This document shows, piece after piece, positions 55,447-64,000 of a stretch of DNA of 64,000 nt (position 1 is the stretch's first letter; every line of letters starts with the position of its first letter). The stretch spans positions 62,001 through 126,000 of the forward strand of contig JYFJ02000319.1 in the NCBI GenBank assembly GCA_000934665.2, read 5' to 3'. Position numbers and translations under genes: made by a program. Under the pieces are notes generated by a model. It was not told where the DNA came from. It did no database searches and saw nothing but the letters and a program-made list of their open reading frames with translations. The stretch comes from Catajapyx aquilonaris (taxonomy: Eukaryota).

Positions 55447-57094
55447 GAGGTGAACAGTGTGAAGGAGATAAAAGACTTCTGTGTTCCCAGATTTTTTGGT
55501 TCCTCCATTTCGCATTTGTGGTCCAGTTTTTTGAATGTCTTTGCTTGATAGAATTGCTGGTGTGTTCATAATGTTATGGACAGAGTAGAGTTTTTTCTTC
55601 TTTTTTGAAAAAGGGGGAAAGAACAACAAGAAGAAAAGAGAGTAAGAGCTCATGTGTCGTACCAAATAGTCTGTGATTGAGTTAAGTGATTGGTGTGTGC
55701 CTCTATGTTTATAAATTTTCTCATTGAATCACAGAAACCTTTTGCGTAAAATAATGGGTTAACTAAGCATGTATATACCATAGTATGTCTGTACAAGTCA
55801 TGGGGATACTCACAATGTTACCTTTGCCCCATTCTTTTAATTCTTCCCAAACATTCCACCGCTCATGGTAAACGCTAGTCGAACTATCGTTTCCCAACAT
55901 TTAAGTGAATAATAAGTAATTCTATGTGAATGGATCAAATAGAACCATAAGAAACGATAACTGATACTGTACAAAGAGAATTTTGCAAGTGTATCGAATG
56001 TGTGTATGCGTGAATGCTGAAACGTAGTGTAGAATCTCCTGAAACTGGGAGTCATTTTTGGTATTATACCAACTATTTTGAAATTCATGACCCGTTTCTT
56101 GAGTCATCCATGGGCTGTAACAGTACTGAAAATCATGGCCTATGCTCCATGAAAGTTTGGAGAGTGAGTCTTGACGTCTTGTAAATACTGTGGTAGCCTA
56201 CCCACATCTGCTCATTTGATGAAGGAGAAGACGTGACCAAAAAAATGGAAGAACCCTGGTGGCCTTAGAGAAAATAATGCCTCGGCTACTAAATTATTAT
56301 TGCAAACAATAGTTGCAATGTACTGTATTTCTCTACTGGCCCAATTTACATTGAACAAAACATTTTGCGTCAACCAGATGCTCACAATTTTTCAAGTATT
56401 TCCAGGTCTTTTTATAGCATTTTAGAAAGTATTTCACAATGACAACACTGTGAAAAATATATTGCTTTATGCATACACAAGTCTGTTCGTTTCTCAAATA
56501 AACTGACCCTTTTGTCATACTTGTGAAGTTGTTTTACTGCATATTAATGTCTCTCTCTATCTCCTTCAGTATCTCTCTCTTTAAAAAAAAAAAAATTATT
56601 TAAAAAAAACGAAACATGAGAAAATCATTACCAGTTTTCTATGTTTCTAAGTTCAAGACCTGCTTTTGTGTGTGTGATTTGACCTTCCTTTTTTTTCTCA
56701 CACAAATAAAAAGTGACATAATGTGGCAGGGCTCTCTTTTGTAAAAATGTAGACTATTTTTAAGGTAAGTTTGCTCTCCTAGCATTTCTTGCCACATGCA
56801 TTGTGCATTATACACACTTGAAATTTGGCACCAAATGCACACAAGTCCAAATGTCCTCTGCCATGAATTCGAGACAAAAAGAAAAGAAAACTTAATCCTT
56901 TCTGACAACTTCCTCCGGCCATCTGCTATTTTTGGTATTTTTCTTAGAGGCAACAGCCAAATTGCCCTCTCAGAATACATGTCACGAAATTATAACTGGT
57001 GCAGTAATTAAAAAGAGCTTGATGTCAATCGAAATGATATTTCCGCAGGTTGTTACTATGTCTTAGTCAGTGCTGCCCACATAAATATAATGAA

Positions 57095-57122
57095 CTAGCA
57101 GGTTACCCAACGTTGCCCGGGT
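57095..57122 (-). mobile_element. Helitron-like 3' terminus
   Basis: Minus strand reads ACCCGGGCAACGTTGGGT (GC-rich hairpin) then AACCTG-CTAG|T, the typical Helitron 3' end. The 5' TC end was not located; CpG-rich repeat-like DNA extends to about 58400. Confidence 0.55.
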
Positions 57123-60100
57123 ATGTTGGGGTGCTCGTGAAGTTGGGGGTACATATTATATTTTAGAAAGTTGGTTTGTTTGTAAAATTGAGTTCCATAC
57201 ACTCGAAACTCAGTGTCTTAAAATAGGCCTTATAAGTTACACTAAGCGAAATTTTGTCACTATCTTTGATAGATTACCTGCTTCGGTTTAATATAGCGTA
57301 CTCGACGCAGATATGCTGATTGGATGTGTAAAAAGGGGATTGTGGATGGAGTTGGCCCAGGAAAAGACTGCTCGCCCATGTGTTTTTTTCCATATTTTTT
57401 GATCCCTTGACCCCCCAACCCCACCTCACACCCCCCACCTTGATCTATTCGTTTGCCCTGAAGAAGAAATGTAGGTACAGACGCCTGGTGTTGTTGTTTT
57501 TTTCAACACTGAGTAATTTTAGGTAAATCCTGTATTTTTTGTATTTATTTGTGTCTGGAAGTCTAATTTCATATCCCACAAAATGTACCATACGATACGA
57601 ACTCACGTGAGGTGGCCAATTAGCGTAATTGGCGGATGCGTTGAATTTACGGCTATGCGATGGGACGTGTAAACAAGAGAGGCGCAAGATGCAATGTTGG
57701 GTGGCAGGAAATCGATTTCATTTGGTAGGTGTTATTGTTGGACAAGGGGATTTCCATGGGATTGAGAACTTGGAAAAAGAGTAATTTATTGTTGATATAT
57801 TGTTATCGATGTTGATATATGACAATTGTTGAGGCCCGAGTAGTGAGAAGATTGGGGAATATGCGTGTTGTGGGAGTTAGGTTCATTATCGGAAGCTGGA
57901 ATACGGTAACAATCGGTAACAATGCGAGCCATTGGCGACCACGTAAACAAACTCGATTATGCATGGGCAGCATATGGGGATTCGACATGACTACGCTTCT
58001 GCAAATAGATTTAAAAAATGGAGCAATGGAAAAAAAAATTACACCAAAAAATAGGACATGATCTGGCGCAGGGCACCTTCGTCGTCATTTTACAATTTTC
58101 GGCCTAGGAGTGACCTTTTCATCGAGTTGAATGAAAGGAAAATGGCGTTCCCGAGAAGCCCATTTGAATAGCATGATGGCGGCAGGAAACGCGACAAAGT
58201 CGGGAACGCTTCTGCGCCCGTATGTCCACAATTTTAATGCAATCATAATTATTGAGTATGGTACCATAGTAAAGGCCAAACCTTTGCGCAGGGCACCTTC
58301 GACGTGATTTCTCCGATTAACGGTCCGTTTCGCCACAAAATATAAAATTCCCTCAAAAATGTGCCTACCGTATTTTTACTAATGCGCCCCCTTAAATCCA
58401 CAAACGAAATAAAATTTAAGGTTTAATAATATTACGATCGAGGTAATTCCGGAATATTCCCTAAGAAAATCAGCAAGTATAGCCTATATTACCTTGGTGT
58501 TCAGCTTTACCTTTATCTTCAACTTCACGCAGGAATAACCGCTTTTTGTTTCGGAACTTTATATTCATGACCTCAATGATGATGGAACTGAGAAAAGGAA
58601 ACGGAAGATTCCCGAGAGACCCCATCGAAACTCTTCCCACAATTATTTTAAAAACATTTAAATCCTAAGTCATATGCTGGAACCGAATTATTCGAGATCT
58701 CAGAGGTGGTATATCGCACGGCAAAAACCACTACAAGGCTATACAGTTAAATTTGACGAATAACGTGCTATATCTAAACGTAGAATGTGGTAAGGGGTGT
58801 ACGTGTTGCAGACCGTATTGTAGTGTTACTTTCATTTGCCAGAAAAATTGCTTAAACCGACTTTTCCGATGCATATATTTCCTACATACTGCACCAGAAT
58901 TTGAAGAAAACCTGATGCAACCTCACTATTAATAAATACGTATATTCATTGCGGAAATTACAGGATAAAGTGGTAAAATTACACTAGGGACTGCATTACT
59001 CAGTCATACATTACTCTTTTCCCTCCGGAAACGAGAACAGCCTGCATTTTTTTTTACATATTGTTGACATAACACTTGGGTCATGTGTAATTTCCTTGTC
59101 ATATGCAAATGTAGACCTTCTAACAATAGGCTATATTTTCCGAAACATAGGTCTACTGTAAACTTCGGTACAACACGGAGTTCTAAGTCTCTGTTTTACA
59201 ATTTTACATTATTTGAGACTAATGAAAGCAGCAGCAAAGCACTATGAAAACTGTTTTGATTGTTGTGGGAGCATGTGTATTATTACACATCTTGTAGGCG
59301 AGCTGTAGTAGCCTATACATCATTTCTCAGACAACTGATGCATTATCTTACCTTTAGAGAATCATCATATCGTTAATGAATAATAATATGTGGTTTTTTG
59401 ACTACGTCATGAGGCACGTGCTATTCAAAGCTCATAGAAGGGTTACGTATTTGTCGGCATCTATGTGTGCTTGTTTGGCCGTCACTTTTTATTGCAAAGG
59501 AATCAGCAACCTTTCTGGAATAAATTAGACACGTGAAGGTGATAAACAAAAACACGCACGTCAGAGAGTAAAGGCGGCTGATTTACATAAACAGCAGGTG
59601 TAATATATTTTCAACAGTGCAATGCCCTATTTCTGAGGCACCAAAAACATTTTGATGTGATCAATATCAAACATTCAAGACTGCTTCAAAATAACAGCAA
59701 ATGTCTGGGGGGGACACATTCAAGAAGACAATGGGATTTATTTACAGTATTCTTTAGCAGGAGTACTTTACAGTTAGCGTAACTTCGTGTAATTTGTAAC
59801 TAATATGTCTTTCACGTATTGTCTGTTACTGACACGTGCTTTTCGGAATCGAAAGTGTGACGGAACTGATTTTGTACTAACTTAAAGAAAATCGCATTTT
59901 CGTCCTTGCTGATGCAGTAAGCTGGCGAATGACAAAACAAGAACAGTAAACATATAGACGTCACTTATTAAATATGCAAAGTATATAATCGCAGATTCTG
60001 CAGCATAAAAAGTGAAAGACGAGATTCCCCCCAACATCTTCTCCGCCCTCCTTCCCCCTCGGCTTTTATACGACCTTTCGATTTCATCATGTACCGTCCT

Positions 60101-60744
60101 ATTTAACGCTCTACTGCAGCATCCTCATTGCGCAACATTATTCCCAATTTATTGACAATATTGTTGTTGGCCGTTATGTCGAACCTTTGTGTCACATATG
60201 AAGAGGGTAGTGAAAGTCCTATTTGCATAAAAATATCGCAAAAGGACAATGAGAACTTTCTAAGGAGAACAAATTGGACAAAAGAGGGTACGCCTTTTGA
60301 CCAGAAATGAAATGCCTCAAGCCACAAAAGAATTCTGCTTCGTTATACCCAACAAAAGTAGTCTAGTTCGGGTCATTCGGGTCAGAGTCGTCGAAGGAGG
60401 AAGTTGTCAAGTGGTAAGTCCAAGTAGATATATTTCATTGGGAGATAGTTCCACATATGCCACTTATGTTACACATATTAGGCTCCGATCTTTTTAATGC
60501 AATTGATTAGTTTTGGCACATTTCTCAGAATTCCTCATAATAATGAGGAATTAATTCAATTCCTGCAGGTATGAACTTCATTACTTTTTAGTATAGCAGA
60601 AAATAATATTCTCAAAAAATCAGATGCAATAATCCATTCCAGATAGCAATTCTCCTCATGACTTACATTAATAGGCCTACACCTAATCATTTTCACGTCA
60701 GTTGACGTATGCATTATGACGTGACCTGTTCGTTTCAGCCAACA

Positions 60745-62435
60745 ATGTGCCCTAAGATGAGTTTATTTGGAGTGTTGCTTCTGGGATTGGCGTCACAAGT
60801 GATCTGCAAGCCAAACTATGTTCCTGCCAGTGCTTGTGATGTGTGGCTTCCAAATCATGCTAGGATACCATCACAGAAGTCGCAGGCACCATATGTACTC
60901 AATGTGTCTGCCACGGAAATTCTGCCAGGAGAGGCAGTGAATGGTAAAATAGGCCACCGAATATGTGCTGGGGGTGGGTTCGCCTATTTCATGTCTTGAT
61001 TTTCTTATTTATTTTTTTGTAGTGACAATCAGTGCACCAGATAATATCAAGTTCAAGGGATTTTTGTTGATTGCTATATCTGATGGCAAGGAGGCACTGG
61101 GTTCATTTGATGTAGGGAATGACAACAATGTGAGGAGCTGCAAGCCAGGATCAGATGTGAGTGCTCTGGTCTTTTTTTTTTTTGTCCCAAAATGTGACTG
61201 GTTCTTCTCCTAGAATGTTGCACATCACAAGGGGAGTTATGATAAAGAATCGGTGACAGTGACATGGACAGCACCTAAAAATTTTAAAGGAGAAGTGGTG
61301 TTCAGGGCCACTGTCGTTCAAGAATTTACCACGTTCTGGGAAAAAATTATGTCACCAACTGTAAATGTCAAGGTAAGCCATTACCACTGCACTTCTTGAT
61401 CTTCTGTCACTAACTGCTTTTTTCTTTTCTTCCTTTCGCATGATTAGTGATCACCACTCCATTTCCTGCACAGCAGCTAACTGCATTATAAAAATTTGTG
61501 TACATTAAATTGCGATTGAAACAAAGTTGTTTTTGTAGGTCATACCTGTGAAGAACAGATCCTACCTTGCTTCCAAGGCATGGCTAAAAATTTTAAAAAG
61601 AATCCAGAGATATTTGCTTCCTTGGGAAGAGGAGCAGCAACAGACAAACTTTTCACCATTTAGTTTAAAAATCCCAATCATTTCCCACCCCAGGTTGAAA
61701 AGAGACATCATGTTTTCAGACTCCGAGCCTTACAGTTTTGTGTATCCAAAGCCAAAAAATTACCGGTCTGATCGAGATGAAAAGTTTGACCTCACAAAAG
61801 GATTTCGTGACCCATATGTGTCCATATCCTCCCTGTTTACCAACCAAAAGACAAAGCGACAGCCACAAGGTGAAGTAAGTACACCATATCCACCTTCATA
61901 CAATCCATACTACCCACAGGGTACAGGGTACCCTTATCTTCCTTACTCACCATACCAATATCCAGGTCAGTTCAACCCTTTCTTTTCACCATATGGCTTC
62001 TCTCCTTACAGATTTTCCCCATTTCTAAATCAATATCCCTACCAGTACCCAGCTAATTATGGTCAATACCCGGGTTACCCAGGTCAAAACTCAGGTTACC
62101 CAGGTCAAAACTCAGGTTACCCAGGTCAAAACTCAGGTTACCATCCCAGTCAGTATCCTTCTTATTACAATCCAAGCCAGTATCCATCAAATTATAATCC
62201 AAGCCAAATGCCATCTAATTATCAGACAAGTAGACCAGACAATTCAAACAAATTGGTTGGACAATCCCAGTACCCTGCATTTCCATATGGACCATACCCC
62301 ATTCCACAAAAGCCATTTGAAACTGGATACAGTGGGCCTAATTACCCCACAATTAATTACCCAGACCCAGATCGCGATAATAAACGCAATCCTGGATCAC
62401 TTTACTTTCCAGATGCAACAACCAAAGATGAATAA
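60745..62435 (+). CDS. Secreted Reeler-domain (putative defense) protein; long form with Tyr/Pro/Gln-rich tail (about 462 aa), short form 164 aa
   Basis: Exons 60745-60943 (signal peptide, C..PNH..PY), 61023-61156 (FKGFLL..GSF..C), 61214-61372 (H..K..VTWTAP..GEVVFRATVVQ..FW), then either 61539-62435 (long) or TGA at 61448-61450 (short). The Reeler part is confident; the tail join is inferred from phase. Confidence 0.8.
62073..62222 (+). repeat. Coding tandem repeats: GYPGQNS x3 (21 nt) then Y[HN]PSQ[YM]PS[YN] x3 (27 nt)
   Basis: GGTTACCCAGGTCAAAACTCA repeated perfectly three times from 62073, followed by three degenerate 9-codon units. Confidence 0.9.
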
Positions 62436-63455
62436 CAGTCAGAAAATTGCATCCTCTTTAGACAGTGAAGTGCTCGACCATCAGTAACTGTTGAAAAGTC
62501 ACAATTAAAGTTTATGAACTTAAGCAGACAAAAGTAGTGTCTGGGTGATCAGCATGCTGCTACAGAAGCTTGAATACTATGGTGTCAATATATATTACCT
62601 ACTGATGTTCAACCTGTTCTTAAGCCAAAAAACCACACCAATCCTGCCAAAAATTTGCATTCTTATTGATAGTTGCAAGAAGAGATGAACAGTTTACATA
62701 CCTTGTAGGAGTTGATTGTTTATCATGGGAAATGTAACAAGCACCAGAACAAATGTGCATCCCATTTGTTCTACAATTAAATTCCAATCTTTGCTTGCAG
62801 TTAATTCCTATAATTTAACAATAGTTGACAACAGCTACATGGCACTACATAAAACTTGAAATAAAAAATAAATGCGAATACTCTGCAAACTCTCAGCTTG
62901 AGAGAAAATATATAATGACAATATTCCATCAGTACATTAGTAAAATTCCCTTGTCAATGGGGTGGTAACATCTAATATTAATAGTATTGTTGTACTAAAC
63001 TTCTTTGTACCAAGTACAAATAAATGCACAGTGTTCATCCCATATACAGTTTTCGTTTTTATTTGGTGGCTCTGTGCAGCACCACAATTGGCATACCAAA
63101 TGCAATGTACAAGTTAAACTTAACTCAGGGTGGGAGGAATGAAAATCTAAGTGTTGCACAACTTATGGACCTGATTGGTACAAATAAGAATGACAATGTA
63201 CATATATTTTATAATGTGAAACTGAAAAAAGAAATATAATGCCCCATTCATGTGAGTGGAAAAATTATCTAGTAGCTTGAAATATTGGGTGTCCAAAAAT
63301 TTAACTGTAGCACAAAATACTACCAAACCTGAATGTTTTGTCAGGAGTGCCATTTGTGTTGAGTTAAGTTGATTTCTACACCAACACTCAAAACAAGAAA
63401 AAACCTTATAAATTTCTTAAAAAATAAGTCAAAGGAGACTGTGACAGCATTTTTA

Positions 63456-63563
<108 letters not shown>

Positions 63564-63787
63564 TCACAGATACTTGAATTAAAATAAATATAGAGTAGGA
63601 AGAGTCACAGTGCATCTCTGAAAACATTTTGCAGACCCTGATTATAATACTTTTCTGAAATATTCATGTTGAACATTGGTCAGTGTGAGCAGTGTTACAC
63701 ATGACAAGCAAAAACCCTGATGATATGCAGTCTTGAGCTTGTAGACACTACTGTATATTAGAAATATTGAGCAGAAATGTGGTTATG

Positions 63788-63845
63788 GAGTGGTGCAGCA
63801 GTAACACTCGCATCCATGGTTGGTAAGGTCCCAGGTTAGATCTCA
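63788..63845 (+). mobile_element. Possible decayed tRNA-derived SINE head
   Basis: A-box-like TGGTGCAGCAGT and B-box-like GGTTAGATCTC at tRNA-like spacing, with no full cloverleaf. Confidence 0.3.
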
Positions 63846-64000
63846 AGCCCAGGTTTCCTTACTCATCTTGTGAGTGTCTCTCTGAGTGTCTTGGATCTGC
63901 AGACTAACCCCACCCCGAAGAACTCTCAAAATAGGCTGGTGTCTAAAATGCACTTGCATCTGCACTTCCTGTCCCACTACCCTTGTCAAGCATGGGCCAA

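Noticed and set aside
62073..62142. Short direct repeats as a CRISPR-like array (also 3573-3627 and 29692-29731)
   Set aside because: They are contiguous tandem units with no spacers and no cas genes, in a eukaryotic context.

Overview
Eukaryotic, invertebrate genomic DNA, most likely arthropod (inferred from axotactin and Src64B-type orthologues, many 50-80 nt GT-AG introns and a mosaic CpG pattern). Five protein-coding genes can be spliced by hand with consistent reading phases. (1) Axotactin-like neurexin-superfamily gene (+, 12914-30112, 28 coding exons). (2) Ubinuclein/yemanuclein gene nested antisense in its first coding intron, almost entirely one 3,068-nt exon (-, 15700-19649). (3) HDAC1/Rpd3 (-, 33647-41906). 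(4) Src64B-like kinase (+, 51284-55446), head-to-head with HDAC1. (5) Secreted Reeler-domain gene (+, 60745-62435), apparently with two alternative last exons: one ends the protein immediately, the other adds a convertase-cleavable Tyr/Pro/Gln-rich repeat tail. The window also holds three identical tRNA-Lys(CTT) genes, several non-autonomous DNA transposons (Harbinger/Tourist-like, mariner-derived two-left-end elements, a Kolobok-like element with a mariner element inside its TIR), a Helitron-like 3' end and microsatellites. No CRISPR or prokaryotic system was seen. All homology statements come from remembered family sequences, not searches, and all splice models need RNA confirmation.
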